Numbered from the stretch's first letter, positions 25,899 through 36,229 are shown. The stretch: 40,602 bases of DNA from Candidatus Sumerlaeota bacterium (GCA_036751885.1 DAIOTT010000006.1:1-40602); one strand, 5' to 3'. Notes: generated from the letters alone by a model not told the origin. Numbers and translations: made by a program.

Positions 25899-26363
25899 AT
25901 GGCAAATTCAATTGCAACAATGGAAACAACAAAAGGAACAATGAAGATTGAGTTGTTTGAAGATAAAGTCCCTAAAACAGCGAAGAACTTTGTTGATTTA
26001 GTGAATAAAGGTTTTTACGACGGGCTAATTTTTCACCGCGTGATTAAAGATTTCATGATTCAAGGCGGCTGCCCTAAAGGAACCGGAACAGGGGATCCGG
26101 GTTACAAGTTTCAGGATGAATTTCACCCTACGCTTCGCCACACCGGAGCAGGGTTTCTTTCCATGGCAAACTCCGGCCCAAACACCAACGGCAGCCAGTT
26201 CTTTATCACCACCGTTGCCACGCCTTGGCTTGATAACAAGCACGCCATTTTTGGTAAAGTGATTGAGGGCTTGGATGTGTTAAAAACAATAGAAGGAACG
26301 CCAACGGGCCCGGGCGATCGGCCTAAAGAAGAAGTTAGAATTACAAAAATCACGATCGGCTAA
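25899..26363 (+). CDS. ppiB: cyclophilin-type peptidyl-prolyl cis-trans isomerase
   Basis: 154 aa containing [35 protein letters not shown] and HAIFGKV. GAGGAG precedes the ATG. Confidence 0.93.
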   Translation: MANSIATMETTKGTMKIELFEDKVPKTAKNFVDLVNKGFYDGLIFHRVIKDFMIQGGCPKGTGTGDPGYKFQDEFHPTLRHTGAGFLSMANSGPNTNGSQFFITTVATPWLDNKHAIFGKVIEGLDVLKTIEGTPTGPGDRPKEEVRITKITIG

Positions 26364-26384
26364 TTCGATCGTTCTATCAAAAAC

Positions 26385-26421
26385 AAAACAGGCTGCACCG
26401 ATTTCACGTGCAGCCTGTTTT
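26385..26421. terminator. bidirectional rho-independent terminator between convergent ppiB and asd
   Basis: AAAACAGGCTGCAC (26385-26398) and GTGCAGCCTGTTTT (26408-26421) are perfect complements. An A-tract lies 5' and a T-tract 3', so the element can terminate on both strands. Confidence 0.8.
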
Positions 26422-26489
26422 ATTTAATCCGCGGAACCGTTTTGCCACGATACACCGTGAACATAATGAATCGCAATTCAACCCAGACT

Positions 26490-27608
26490 TTACTTCGATT
26501 CAAGAAGAATTCGGAGCATGCGGCGAAGGGGTTCCGCTGCACCCCACAACAGCTGATCCCCCACGGTAAAGGCTGTGACGAATTCAGGGCCCATTTTCAT
26601 TTTTCTTAGCCTTCCGATTGGCACCTTCAACGTTCCGTTCACCGCCGCAGGGGTAAGCTGCGCAAGGGTTGCTTCTTTTGTGTTTTCAACCACGGTTGCC
26701 CATTCATTACCGTTGGCAATAAGCGCTTCAACATCCGCCAACGGCACATCCTGAGTCAGCTTAATTGTCAACGCCTGACTATGGCAACGCATAGCACCCA
26801 CGCGAACGCAAAGCCCGTCAATGGGGATCGACCTCTTGACGCCCAATATTTTATTGGTTTCAGCAAAGCCTTTCCACTCTTCACGGGTTTGGCCGTTTTC
26901 CACCAACCGATCAATCCACGGAATTAAACTGCCGGCCAGCGGGGCCCCGAAATTCTCCGTGGGGAAATCCGCACGCCTCAGCGTTTGATCAATCTGCTGA
27001 TCCAACTCTAAGATTGCTGAAGCCGGTTTTTCCAGCTCAGCGGCCCCCGCTTGGCCAATCACCTGCATTTGCTTGATGAGTTCGCGCATGTTTTTGGCGC
27101 CTGCACCTGAGGCGCTTTGGTAGGTCATTGTGCTAAGCCACTCAACCAAGCCTTCGCGGAAAAGCCCGCCGATTGCCATCAGCATTAAGCTTACAGTGCA
27201 GTTGCCGCCGATGTAGTTCTTAACTCCAGCGGCAAGGGATTCTTCAATTACCGAGCGGTTCACGGGATCAAGAATGATGGTGGCATCGTTTGCCATGCGC
27301 AGGGTGCTTGCAGCATCAATCCAATAACCCTTCCAGCCTGAACCCCGCAGGTTACCAATCACAGCTGAGGTGTAATCGCCGCCCTGGCAGGAGATTAGCA
27401 CGTCCTGAGCGGCAAGGTCTGTAAGATCCATGGCATCAAGCAAAGGCTGCGAACCGCCGCCAACATCAGGGCCTAATTGCCCCACTTGCGAGGTGGTGAA
27501 GAACGTAGACTCAAACCCTAATTTGAAGTCGTTTTCTTGAATCATGCGATCCATCAGCACCGAGCCTACCATGCCGCGCCAGCCAATAAATCCTACTTTG
27601 TTTATCAT
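26490..27608 (-). CDS. asd: aspartate-semialdehyde dehydrogenase (long, E. coli type)
   Basis: [22 protein letters not shown] closely matches the E. coli Asd N-terminus. The active-site block [12 protein letters not shown] is present. ATG at 27608 has AAGGA upstream; the track's TTG at 27614 adds two codons. Confidence 0.93.
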   Translation of the reverse strand: MINKVGFIGWRGMVGSVLMDRMIQENDFKLGFESTFFTTSQVGQLGPDVGGGSQPLLDAMDLTDLAAQDVLISCQGGDYTSAVIGNLRGSGWKGYWIDAASTLRMANDATIILDPVNRSVIEESLAAGVKNYIGGNCTVSLMLMAIGGLFREGLVEWLSTMTYQSASGAGAKNMRELIKQMQVIGQAGAAELEKPASAILELDQQIDQTLRRADFPTENFGAPLAGSLIPWIDRLVENGQTREEWKGFAETNKILGVKRSIPIDGLCVRVGAMRCHSQALTIKLTQDVPLADVEALIANGNEWATVVENTKEATLAQLTPAAVNGTLKVPIGRLRKMKMGPEFVTAFTVGDQLLWGAAEPLRRMLRILLESK

Positions 27609-27686
27609 GCTCAATAATCCTTAGTAAAAAATAATCTCATACTTGCGGGAAGTTCTATATCATATACCACAAAAAATAACTCTGAA

Positions 27687-28814
27687 CTAATAACTAAACC
27701 AGAGTGTATTGAAGCGTATATTTTCATAAACAGCGACGGAATCGCCCGCGCTGTGGGCAACGATTAAATCAAGGAATCCATCGTTGTTATAATCGCCGTT
27801 GATGATTGAAATCGGCTCCGAAGCGGTTGGGGAGGTTTGGCGTATTGCAAACATTCCCCCGCCCAAACCGGAGAAAAAGTTGAGTGTATTTTCCGTTAAG
27901 TTTGTGGAAACCAAATCGGGAATCCCGTCGCGATTAAAATCTCCCGCTGTAATTGCATAACCCACAGGCCCACCCGTTAGGCTCACCGAATTCGTGAAAG
28001 CTCCCGAACCATTGTTCAAGAACACCGACGTTGTAGAATTACCGTTCGCGGTTGCTAAATCCAAAAAAGAATCATCGTTCAAATCAATGCTAATAATTCC
28101 CCGAGTTTGGCCGGATGCTGCAACCGTTTGCACGGGCTGAAAGGTTCCATCGCCATTTCCAAGGTGAATAAATATTCGGCTGCCAACTAGGCTTGTTACC
28201 GCAACATCCCAAGTATCGTTTGAATCAAACTTGCCGAGAGCTAAGTTAAACGATGCTGTTGCACCGGGAATGACTTGGGGAAATTCGTAGAAATCGAATC
28301 CCAAATTTTCAATGTAAGAAATACCGGTTTCATCGTTGGAGGCGACGATTAAATCCAAGTCCCCGTCTTGATCAAAATCCGCGGCAATTAAATCCCGGGG
28401 ATCTTCGCCCACTGAGATCGTCTGCGCCGGAAGAAATTGCCCGTTCCCAAGGCCGGCAAGAAAGGAAACCGTATCGCTGCCCGCATTTGCCACCAAAAGA
28501 TCAAGTGTGGAATCCTGGTTGAAATCAACACTGATCAGGGAAAAAGGGGAATTGCCCACCGCATACTTCACGGGGTTTTGAAAGCTTAGGTTGCCGTTGC
28601 CCAAAAATACCCAGACTTCGCGAGTGTTGATGCTTGTAACGGCAAAATCTAAATTTGAATCCTGATTGAAATCCCCTGCAACTAAATCGCCGCAATTATC
28701 ACAAGCAGGAAGTATCGTGGGCGCAGAGAAATTTGAAACCTGAGCATTAGAAACGGAGGCCAGTAACAAATACAATAAAGAGAGAAACGTTTTGAAACGG
28801 TTTAATAAAAACAT
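27687..28814 (-). CDS. secreted FG-GAP/VCBS repeat protein
   Basis: ATG at 28814 gives the signal peptide MFLLNRFKTFLSLLYLLLASVSNAQ. About seven repeats follow of the type GDFNQDSNLDFAV, VDFNQDSTLDLLV, ADFDQDGDLDLIV, IDLNDDSFLDLAT, GDFNRDGIPDLVS and GDYNNDGFLDLIV. Confidence 0.8.
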   Translation of the reverse strand: MFLLNRFKTFLSLLYLLLASVSNAQVSNFSAPTILPACDNCGDLVAGDFNQDSNLDFAVTSINTREVWVFLGNGNLSFQNPVKYAVGNSPFSLISVDFNQDSTLDLLVANAGSDTVSFLAGLGNGQFLPAQTISVGEDPRDLIAADFDQDGDLDLIVASNDETGISYIENLGFDFYEFPQVIPGATASFNLALGKFDSNDTWDVAVTSLVGSRIFIHLGNGDGTFQPVQTVAASGQTRGIISIDLNDDSFLDLATANGNSTTSVFLNNGSGAFTNSVSLTGGPVGYAITAGDFNRDGIPDLVSTNLTENTLNFFSGLGGGMFAIRQTSPTASEPISIINGDYNNDGFLDLIVAHSAGDSVAVYENIRFNTLWFSY

Positions 28815-28965
28815 GCGAAACTTTTTCAACGTAAAGTATAGTGCGCTTACTGTAGTCTTAGTTTGACCCGGCGAGTCCAGCCAGAAGTTCTGTTTTGCCT
28901 TGTAATGACGAAAGCAAAGAATAAACAACGGGCATACACGTTTCGGATGGGTTGATAGCCGAGGG

Positions 28966-29009
28966 TGTAAAAAGCAAAACTTCCCCGACCAAAAAGAAGG
29001 GGAAGTTTT
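28966..29009 (-). terminator. rho-independent terminator ending the alpha operon after rplQ
   Basis: AAAACTTCCCC (28976-28986) and GGGGAAGTTTT (28999-29009) form a perfect 11-bp stem. On the minus strand GCTTTTT follows. Confidence 0.75.
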
Positions 29010-29090
29010 GTTACTTTAGCTACAATCCGTAGTAGATAAGATTAGTTGAGCAAGGCAAACAACCAACCCAACTAAACGTATCACTAAACC

Positions 29091-29489
29091 TTAAACAGTT
29101 TCCGCTTCTACTTCAACAGGAGCTTTATCTGTGGTTTTCGTTACGAACTCAATAAATGCCATCCATGCGCCGTCGCCTTGGCGTTGTGAGTCTTTCACAA
29201 TGCGCGTATAGCCGCCGGGGCGTTCTTTGAACAACGGACCAATTTCTTCAAACAATTTGTGCACCGTATGCTTTTTGCCGATTACAGAGAAGGCAAGGCG
29301 ACGGCTGTGTAATGAGCCTTCCGCAGCAAGTGTTACAAGTCTTTCAATCTTAGGACGCAGAACTTTGGCTTTGGCTTCAGTAGTACGAATTTTTTCATGT
29401 TCAATTAGGGCAATCATTAGATTGCGAAGAAGAGCCAGGCGGGCACCTGTTGGGCGGCTAAGTTTTCCACGTTGTTTACGGTGACGCAT
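29091..29489 (-). CDS. rplQ: 50S ribosomal protein L17
   Basis: MRHRKQRGKLSRPTGARLALLRNL... is the canonical L17 N-terminus, and the gene follows rpoA. Confidence 0.95.
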   Translation of the reverse strand: MRHRKQRGKLSRPTGARLALLRNLMIALIEHEKIRTTEAKAKVLRPKIERLVTLAAEGSLHSRRLAFSVIGKKHTVHKLFEEIGPLFKERPGGYTRIVKDSQRQGDGAWMAFIEFVTKTTDKAPVEVEAETV

Positions 29490-29569
29490 TTGTAAAAGTA
29501 CCTCTACTTGAAGGAGTAAAATCTAGGGATAAATCAGCTTCTCAATCAAAGAAACTGACGAATGAGTGT

Positions 29570-30592
29570 TTAGTCGTCGTTCATGTTCACGGGAAGCCCG
29601 CGATCATCTAGCTTCATGTTGAAGCTTAAGTTGAATGCCTTGAGTATTGCTTTGATCTCTGACAAGGATTTACGGCCGAAGTTGCGGTATTTCAACATTT
29701 CGCTCTCGGATTTTTGCACCAAATCGCGAATGGTTTTAATGCCAGCGGCTTCAAGGCAATTGAAAGAACGAACAGAGAGTTCAAGCTCCTCGATTGATTT
29801 ATCAAGGATTGTCATCATCGTCGTTGTTTTTTCGTCCGCTGCTTCAACAGAACCATCGAATACTTCTGCAGTGGAGACTTTACGATCTTCCAAGCGAATG
29901 AACAAATCAAGGTGGTCGCGAAGGATTTTCGCGGCGTAACTCATCGCTTCTTCCGGCTTAATTGCACCGTTTGTCGTAATTTCAAGGGCCAACTTATCGA
30001 AGTCAGTCCGTTGCCCGATACGAGCATCTGATACTTCAAAGCGGACTTTACGAATGGGTGAGAACACCGCATCAATCGGGAGAATGCCGATGTCGTCTTC
30101 ATCTTCCATTTCAGGGTAAATCGCAGAAGCATAACCCTCAGCCTGAGTAACCATAACATCCATCTGAATGGACTCGCCGTCTGAAAGCGTCAAAAGCGGG
30201 TGCTCAGGATTCAGGATTTCAACATCTTCGTTATCGGCAAAATCGCCGGCAGTGACAATGCAAGGGCCAGTTTTTTCAATTTCCAGAGTTGCGCTTTTCT
30301 CTTTAGAGAGCATGCGGAAAACAACTTGCTTCAGGTTGAGAATTACATCGTTTACATCTTCACGAGCACCGGGAATTGAGGCAAACTCGTGGCGAACATT
30401 CTCAAAACGCACGCTTGTAGCTGCTGCTCCGGGAATGGAGGAAAGCAAAACGCGACGCAATGAGTTGCCTAAAGTTGTACCGAAGCCCCGTTGAAGGGGT
30501 TCAATAGTGAAACGACCAAAAGAATCAGAAAGAGTTGTGTGGTCGGGAACAATGCTGGGTGAAAGGTTAAATGGCTTTGCTTGTAATTCCAT
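29570..30592 (-). CDS. rpoA: DNA-directed RNA polymerase alpha subunit
   Basis: 340 aa containing ..EPLQRGFGTTLGNSLRRVLLSSIPGAA.. and the C-terminal-domain block ELELSVRSFNCLEAAGIKTIRDLV. Confidence 0.95.
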   Translation of the reverse strand: MELQAKPFNLSPSIVPDHTTLSDSFGRFTIEPLQRGFGTTLGNSLRRVLLSSIPGAAATSVRFENVRHEFASIPGAREDVNDVILNLKQVVFRMLSKEKSATLEIEKTGPCIVTAGDFADNEDVEILNPEHPLLTLSDGESIQMDVMVTQAEGYASAIYPEMEDEDDIGILPIDAVFSPIRKVRFEVSDARIGQRTDFDKLALEITTNGAIKPEEAMSYAAKILRDHLDLFIRLEDRKVSTAEVFDGSVEAADEKTTTMMTILDKSIEELELSVRSFNCLEAAGIKTIRDLVQKSESEMLKYRNFGRKSLSEIKAILKAFNLSFNMKLDDRGLPVNMNDD

Positions 30593-30640
30593 GCCTTAGG
30601 TTCTCCAAAATCAAAATGCTACAATCTAAGTGTAGACACG

Positions 30641-30675
30641 AAAAATGCCAGAAAAGAAGAACATTCTTTTCTGGC
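30641..30675 (-). terminator. terminator-like hairpin between rpsD and rpoA (possible internal attenuator or processing site)
   Basis: GCCAGAAAAGAA (30647-30658) and TTCTTTTCTGGC (30664-30675) form a perfect 12-bp stem with a 5-nt loop. On the minus strand ATTTTTCG follows. Confidence 0.5.
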
Positions 30676-30691
30676 GGTGAAATAGTTGGTG

Positions 30692-31321
30692 TTACTTGGA
30701 GTAAAGTTCGATGATCAACTGTTCGCGAACTTCAATATCGTCCAACTGGTCGCGCTCAGGAACCTGAACAAACTTAGCAGTCAGCGCTTCATCAGACCAT
30801 TCTATCCAACCCTTGCGGCCTGTTGCTTTGGCGTACTCCAAGTTTTCTTGGATGTACTTAAGCCCAGCACCAGCGGAAGTAAGGCCGATGACATCGCCAG
30901 GCTTCACGTGGTATGAAGGGATGTTCACGCAGGCACCGTTCACTGTAATGTGCTTGTGGCCCACAAACTGGCGAGCCTGAGCACGTGTACACGCGTACCC
31001 TGCACGGTAAACAACGTTATCTAAACGGCTTTCAAGAAGCTGAAGCAACACGTGGCCAGAAACACCGCGCCAACGTTCACATTTTTCAATGTAACGACGG
31101 AACTGCCGTTCGATCACGCCGTAGATACGACGCAGAGATTGTTTTTCGCGAAGCTGAACACCGTAGGTTGAGAGCTTGCTGTTTGTTTTTCCGTGCTGCC
31201 CCGGTGGAGTGTTGATGTTCTCCATTGCCCGACGCTGTGCGGCGGAACGAGCAGACTTGAGGTGCAAATTTTTGCCTTCGCGACGGTACAACCGTACGAC
31301 TGGTCCTGTGTAACGAGCCAC
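30692..31321 (-). CDS. rpsD: 30S ribosomal protein S4
   Basis: MARYTGPVVRLYRREG...LESRLDNVVYRAG... contains the S4 domain, and the operon position fits. Confidence 0.95.
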   Translation of the reverse strand: MARYTGPVVRLYRREGKNLHLKSARSAAQRRAMENINTPPGQHGKTNSKLSTYGVQLREKQSLRRIYGVIERQFRRYIEKCERWRGVSGHVLLQLLESRLDNVVYRAGYACTRAQARQFVGHKHITVNGACVNIPSYHVKPGDVIGLTSAGAGLKYIQENLEYAKATGRKGWIEWSDEALTAKFVQVPERDQLDDIEVREQLIIELYSK

Positions 31322-31355
31322 TGCTATTGATCCTTCAAAAGAGATTTAGATGATG

Positions 31356-31757
31356 TCACACGCGGCGACGCTTCGGAGAGCGTACACCGTTGTGAGGGAT
31401 TGGGGTTAAGTCTTTAATCGTTTTTACAACGATGCCAGCTGCTTGAAGCGCGCGAACCGCAGATTCACGCCCTGCTCCGGGGCCGCGAATAATTACATCG
31501 CAGGAGTTTACGCCGTGCTCACGGGCTGCAATTGCCGCTGTTTCAGCTGCCTTACCCGCCGCAAAAGGAGTACTTTTACGAGAGTTTTTGAACCCGTTGC
31601 CACCTGAACTTGACCAAGAAATAGTGTTTCCGGCTGGGTCAGTCAGTGAAATAATGGTGTTGTTGAACGTTGCCTGAATACACGCGATTGCGTGGGAAAT
31701 GTTCTTTTTGACTTTTTTCTTTGCAGACTGATTAGCCTGGCCTTGCTTTTTAGCCAT
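31356..31757 (-). CDS. rpsK: 30S ribosomal protein S11
   Basis: ..[39 protein letters not shown]...[15 protein letters not shown]. Confidence 0.95.
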   Translation of the reverse strand: MAKKQGQANQSAKKKVKKNISHAIACIQATFNNTIISLTDPAGNTISWSSSGGNGFKNSRKSTPFAAGKAAETAAIAAREHGVNSCDVIIRGPGAGRESAVRALQAAGIVVKTIKDLTPIPHNGVRSPKRRRV

Positions 31758-31794
31758 GTTGTCACACTACTCCAAGAATCATGTTAAGGGGTGA

Positions 31795-32160
31795 TTATTT
31801 TTTACCTTGAACGCCGCGGTTTTTCCCTTTACGGGTCCGCGCGTTCGTGGATGTACGTTGACCGCGAACGGGGAGCCCGCGGCGGTGGCGAATGCCTCGG
31901 TAGCAACCGATATCCATCAGGCGTTTGATGTTCGTACTAACTAAACGGCGAAGGTCGCCCTCCACTAGGATTTTCCCAATGATAAGAGCGGAAATTCGAG
32001 TTACTTCCTCTTCCGTCAGATCCTTTACACGGGTATTGTAATCAATCCCCGCAGCGGTAAGGATATCGCGAGAGGTTTTCAATCCAATACCATAAATGTA
32101 CGTCAAACCATACTCTACACGTTTATCGCGCGGAAGATCGACACCAGAAATACGAGCCAC
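31795..32160 (-). CDS. rpsM: 30S ribosomal protein S13
   Basis: [26 protein letters not shown]... from a GTG start. Confidence 0.95.
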   Translation of the reverse strand: MARISGVDLPRDKRVEYGLTYIYGIGLKTSRDILTAAGIDYNTRVKDLTEEEVTRISALIIGKILVEGDLRRLVSTNIKRLMDIGCYRGIRHRRGLPVRGQRTSTNARTRKGKNRGVQGKK

Positions 32161-32265
32161 GTTAACTTACTCCGATTCATCTTGTATAATACGTTCGCCT
32201 AATCGGCCGAAACGATTTTATTGATAGTGTATTGCTGTTAATTGTTCAAACTTACTTGGTGATAC

Positions 32266-32484
32266 TTACTTGTTTCGGTACGTTATACGGCCCTTGGTAA
32301 GGTCGTAAGGTGAGAGTTCAACCGTTACTTTATCGCCGGGTAAAATACGAATATAGTGCATCCGCATTTTTCCTGAGATGTGAGCCATAACAGTTAGTCC
32401 GTTTTCAAGCTCTACACGGAACACAGCATTCGGCAATGTCTCACTAACAACGCCTTCAACTTCGATACCCTTTTCCTTAGCCAT
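32266..32484 (-). CDS. infA: translation initiation factor IF-1
   Basis: 72 aa containing ..[58 protein letters not shown]. Confidence 0.95.
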   Translation of the reverse strand: MAKEKGIEVEGVVSETLPNAVFRVELENGLTVMAHISGKMRMHYIRILPGDKVTVELSPYDLTKGRITYRNK

Positions 32485-32592
32485 ATAAACCTTTTTTCAA
32501 AGCCAATTATTGGCATCGACAGAGTGACTTGTCGAGCCAAGGGAGTGGGATGATGCGAATCCCTCCCCGCTTGTCAAGGAAAACAGATGCAT

Positions 32593-33393
32593 TTAATCGT
32601 TCAAAGAGAGTTTTGATTGATCAATTGCAGTTAAAACCTCGGCTTTTCCTTCCGTAATCAAAATTGTGTGCTCAAAATGGGCTGCCAAGCTGCCGTCTGC
32701 TGTGCGCACCGTCCACTCGTCGTACTTATCTAATTCGTTTTTCCCTGTGCCAACGGCAACCATGGGTTCAATGGCCAACGTCATTCCTGGGCGCAACCGG
32801 CCGTTCGAGCTTCCCGGTTTAGGACCAAAGTTTTCCACCCGCGGATCCTCGTGTAATTCTTGTCCAATTCCGTGACCGCCGTAATCTTGCACTAGGAAAC
32901 CCCCTCGGGATACAACGTAGTCCTCCACAGCGCGCCCAATCGCGCCAAGCCTGTTAGGTACCACTGCAGCATCAATAGCCTTGTATAGGGACTGCTCCGT
33001 TGTTTCCAGCAGTTTCTTAGCCTCGTCTGAGACTTTACCCACGGGAGCTGTCCATGCCATGTCAGCGTAGTATCCAGCCATCTCAACACCGCAATCGATT
33101 GAGATGATATCCCCTTCTTGCAGGGGGTTATTTTTCGGGATTCCGTGAACGATTTCTTCATTGATTGAAACGCACAGGGTGTTGGGGAACCCGTAAAGCC
33201 CCTTGAAGGCCGGGCGCCCCCCTCGCGAACGAATCATTTTCTCGGCAAATTGATCCAACTCTAACGGCGAAACACCAACATCCACCCGGCGAATCACTTC
33301 ATCCATTACGGAGCGCAACACGTGACCAGCTTTGCGCATCAGTTCAATCTGGCGCTTGCTTTTGATGGGGTATTGAAGGGCCTTAAGAGTCAC
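32593..33393 (-). CDS. map: type I methionine aminopeptidase
   Basis: The MAP metal-ligand context is present: ..VHGIP....L..GDIISIDCG......YYADMA, ..GHGIG..LHE.P, LAIEPM and FEHTILIT. The start is GTG. Confidence 0.93.
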   Translation of the reverse strand: MTLKALQYPIKSKRQIELMRKAGHVLRSVMDEVIRRVDVGVSPLELDQFAEKMIRSRGGRPAFKGLYGFPNTLCVSINEEIVHGIPKNNPLQEGDIISIDCGVEMAGYYADMAWTAPVGKVSDEAKKLLETTEQSLYKAIDAAVVPNRLGAIGRAVEDYVVSRGGFLVQDYGGHGIGQELHEDPRVENFGPKPGSSNGRLRPGMTLAIEPMVAVGTGKNELDKYDEWTVRTADGSLAAHFEHTILITEGKAEVLTAIDQSKLSLND

Positions 33394-33426
33394 AGTGCGT
33401 TGCCTTAGATTGGGTTGGGGGGTTAC

Positions 33427-34080
33427 TTAGTAGCATTCTTGAAGCACAGATAGGATGCGTTGAAACACTTCATCCGTTGTGCCGACGCCGTTTACGGAGC
33501 TCAGCAAGCCTTGCTGATCAAAATGGCGAATCACGGGTTCCGTTTGTTCACGGTAAACGCGCAGCCGCTCTTGAACGGAATCTTCGTTATCATCAGGGCG
33601 CTGCAGCAAGCGTTCCATACAGCCCTCGCAGCGGTTTGCATCAATATCTGGCATCAAATGTATGTTGAAGGACTTCCTACATTCAGGGCAAATCCGCCGC
33701 CCAGTAAGGCGTAATTTAAGTTCATCGAATGGCACCTCAAGGGTAACAACAGCGATGGATTCCAGATTGTACTTGGCGCAAAGTTTTTCTAGCTGGTGAA
33801 TTTGGTTCACCGTGCGCGGGTAGCCATCAAACAAAAAACTATCGGAGCTTGGCCGTGCCTGCTTGATAACTTCTTCGGCGATTCTTGTGACCATATCATC
33901 GCCTAAAAGCTTTCCTTTTGAGACGATTTTTTCGCATTCCTTCCCTAACTCACTGCCGGAGCGAATGACGTTGCGAATGGCGTCCCCCGTGGAAAGGTGG
34001 GTAAGTTTGAAGTTATCGCAAAGGAGTTGCGATTGTGTGCCTTTTCCAGCACCCGGAGGGCCAAACAATACCAAATTCAC
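33427..34080 (-). CDS. adk: adenylate kinase (4-Cys zinc-lid type)
   Basis: A P-loop (LVLFGPPGAGKGTQ) and a lid (CPECRKSF...CEGC) are present. I prefer GTG at 34080 (MNLVLFGPPG), which matches usual Adk N-termini. The track starts at TTG 34113, which has no SD. Confidence 0.9.
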   Translation of the reverse strand: MNLVLFGPPGAGKGTQSQLLCDNFKLTHLSTGDAIRNVIRSGSELGKECEKIVSKGKLLGDDMVTRIAEEVIKQARPSSDSFLFDGYPRTVNQIHQLEKLCAKYNLESIAVVTLEVPFDELKLRLTGRRICPECRKSFNIHLMPDIDANRCEGCMERLLQRPDDNEDSVQERLRVYREQTEPVIRHFDQQGLLSSVNGVGTTDEVFQRILSVLQECY

Positions 34081-34207
34081 GGTTGATTTACCTGCAAAAA
34101 ATTGAAGGGGCAAACGGCGCTTTTCGAAGTAGAAAGACCATTTGCCCTATCATAAATTGAACTAGTTTTGAGCGCAAAGAACGCAGAAAAACTCTTTCTC
34201 ATGCGCC

Positions 34208-35665
34208 TTATGTAATTGCCTTGCCACTACCTGTGCCTGAGTACCGCTTGCGCGCCCCCTCAGCTTGACGTCGGCTCCGGAAGCCGTCGTAGTTGTGCAT
34301 CAGCAATTCGCTTTCAACTTTCTTCATCGTGTCCAACACAACGCCTACAATAATGATCAGCCCTGTTCCCCCCGCAAACTGCGTGTAAGTGAAGTTCATA
34401 TCAAACGACACGTGCAAGGACAACGGAATCAGCGCGACAACCACAAGGAACACAGCCCCAACCGTGGTAATCCGCGTTAGAACGCGGTCAATGTAATTCG
34501 CCGTTTGTTGCCCTGGGCTAAACCCTGGAACGAACGCTCCGGCTTTTTTCAGGTTATCCGCAACATCGCTCGGGTTGAATGTAACAGCCGTGTAGAAAAA
34601 ACAGAAGAACGCGATAATCGTTGCTTCAAGGATAACGTACAGGTTCACCATTTTCAGCAAGTTGAAGATGCTGCCGCTCTCAATTCCAAGGAAAACATAC
34701 AAGTTCTTGGTGGAGTTGGGGATAAAGTAAGCAGCCCACGAACCTTGAAGGAAGTTGATTGCGCCACCGCCTTCACCAAGCCAGCTGGTAAGCTGGGAAA
34801 GAGCGGCGAGAATTGCAGAGGAGAAAATCACCGGGATAACACCGGCAGTGTTCACCTTAAGCGGCAGGTAGTTTGTTTGGCCTTGCTGTACTCTGCGGCC
34901 AACCGTTCGGCGAGCATGCTGAATGGGAATACGCCGAGCGCCTTCCTGCACCATAATGATAAGAACCGTTGTAACGATCCCTAAACCTAATATGATGGGC
35001 ACAAAGATTCGCGGTTGAATTCCGTTCGATGTATCAAGGTAGAACAAGTAGGCTGCGGAGGGATAACTAGCCAAAATCCCCAACGCGATGATCAGCGATA
35101 TACCGTTACCAACGCCGTTTGCGGTGATTTGCTCGCCAATCCACATGAGTATGGCCGTTCCGGTTACAATGGAAAGCACGCCAATCACGGCAAAGATAAA
35201 CCACCCCGGAATAAACAGAAAGGTTGCCTCGGCTAAACTGGGTATAACAAAACCTTGCACGATCATGAAGGCCACAACGCTGATTGCTTGTACCGTTGCT
35301 AGGCCCATGGCACCGTAACGGGTGTATTGTTCAATCCGCTTCTGGCCCGCCTCGCCTTCCTTGCGCATTTTCTCCAGCGCGGGAACCACAACCATCATCA
35401 GCTGCAAAATAATTTGAGCTGAAATGTAAGGCATAATGCCGATTACCATGATGGACATATTTTGAAAGCCGCCGCCGGTGAACATATCCACCATGCCAAA
35501 AATGCCGCTTTCGGTATTACTGAAGAAACCACGAACCTGTTCGCTATCAATGAACGGTGTGGGGATGTGAACCCCAATACGGGTAATCGCAATCATCAAT
35601 AAAGTATAAAAGACCTTCTTGCGAAGGTCGGGGATTGCGAAAATATTTTTTACTGACTCGAGCAT
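34208..35665 (-). CDS. secY: preprotein translocase subunit SecY
   Basis: 485 aa with 10 hydrophobic helices. Contains ..LRKKVFYTLLMIAITRIG..IP.P and ..GGTGLIIIVGVVLDT. The operon position also fits. Confidence 0.95.
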   Translation of the reverse strand: MLESVKNIFAIPDLRKKVFYTLLMIAITRIGVHIPTPFIDSEQVRGFFSNTESGIFGMVDMFTGGGFQNMSIMVIGIMPYISAQIILQLMMVVVPALEKMRKEGEAGQKRIEQYTRYGAMGLATVQAISVVAFMIVQGFVIPSLAEATFLFIPGWFIFAVIGVLSIVTGTAILMWIGEQITANGVGNGISLIIALGILASYPSAAYLFYLDTSNGIQPRIFVPIILGLGIVTTVLIIMVQEGARRIPIQHARRTVGRRVQQGQTNYLPLKVNTAGVIPVIFSSAILAALSQLTSWLGEGGGAINFLQGSWAAYFIPNSTKNLYVFLGIESGSIFNLLKMVNLYVILEATIIAFFCFFYTAVTFNPSDVADNLKKAGAFVPGFSPGQQTANYIDRVLTRITTVGAVFLVVVALIPLSLHVSFDMNFTYTQFAGGTGLIIIVGVVLDTMKKVESELLMHNYDGFRSRRQAEGARKRYSGTGSGKAIT

Positions 35666-35733
35666 AAAAACCTACCCCTGAGTAAACACTGTTTACTCAG
35701 GTATGGATACATAGAATTTAGAGGATATCAAAA

Positions 35734-36177
35734 TTAGCTTAGGAGCTCGACGCTGCCGCCAGCAGTTTCAATTTTTTCACGAGCGCTGCCTGAGAACTTG
35801 TGAGCATGAACTGTAAGCTTCTTCGTCATTGCGCCTTCGCCAAGAACCTTGACCGGCAATTTAGTGCGCACAAGGCGTGCCTTGCGAAGCGCATCGTAAT
35901 CTACCACGTCACCATCTTCAAAATGAAGATCCAGTGAGGTGATATTCACAACTTCGTAAGCTGTGCGGAAAGGGTTGGTGAAACCGAATTTTGGAATACG
36001 GCGAATAAGAGGCATTTGCCCCCCTTCAAAGTATGGGCCCGGCCCAGAGCCAGAACGAGCTTGTTTACCCTTGTGCCCTTTACCAGCAGTTTTACCCGTG
36101 CCAGAGCTTTCACCGCGGCCTAAACGTTTGCGCTTTTGTTGACGTCCGGGGTCTTTCGGGAGTGTATGGTATTTCAT
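35734..36177 (-). CDS. rplO: 50S ribosomal protein L15
   Basis: ..RLGRGESSGTGKTAGKGHKGKQARSG... I place the start at ATG 36177 (MKYHTL), which has AAGGA 9 nt upstream. The track's extension to 36210 is unnecessary. Confidence 0.93.
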   Translation of the reverse strand: MKYHTLPKDPGRQQKRKRLGRGESSGTGKTAGKGHKGKQARSGSGPGPYFEGGQMPLIRRIPKFGFTNPFRTAYEVVNITSLDLHFEDGDVVDYDALRKARLVRTKLPVKVLGEGAMTKKLTVHAHKFSGSAREKIETAGGSVELLS

Positions 36178-36229
36178 TTTACAAAATCCTTGTTGTAACG
36201 CTGGAACCACTTAAGTGGTTCATCTTGGC

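Noticed and set aside
28815-28928. 38-codon N-terminal extension of the FG-GAP protein ORF.
   Set aside because: The internal ATG at 28814 yields a canonical signal peptide (MFLLNRFKTFLSLLYLLLASVSNAQ). The extension is not signal-like.
34083-34202. 39-codon minus-strand ORF in the secY-adk spacer whose TGA overlaps the adk GTG (GTGA), considered as a relocated rpmJ or a coupled leader peptide.
   Set aside because: Its sequence (MRKSFSAFFALKTSSIYDRANGL...) bears no resemblance to L36. No SD is apparent. Its ATG lies only about 6 nt from the secY stop. It is probably fortuitous.
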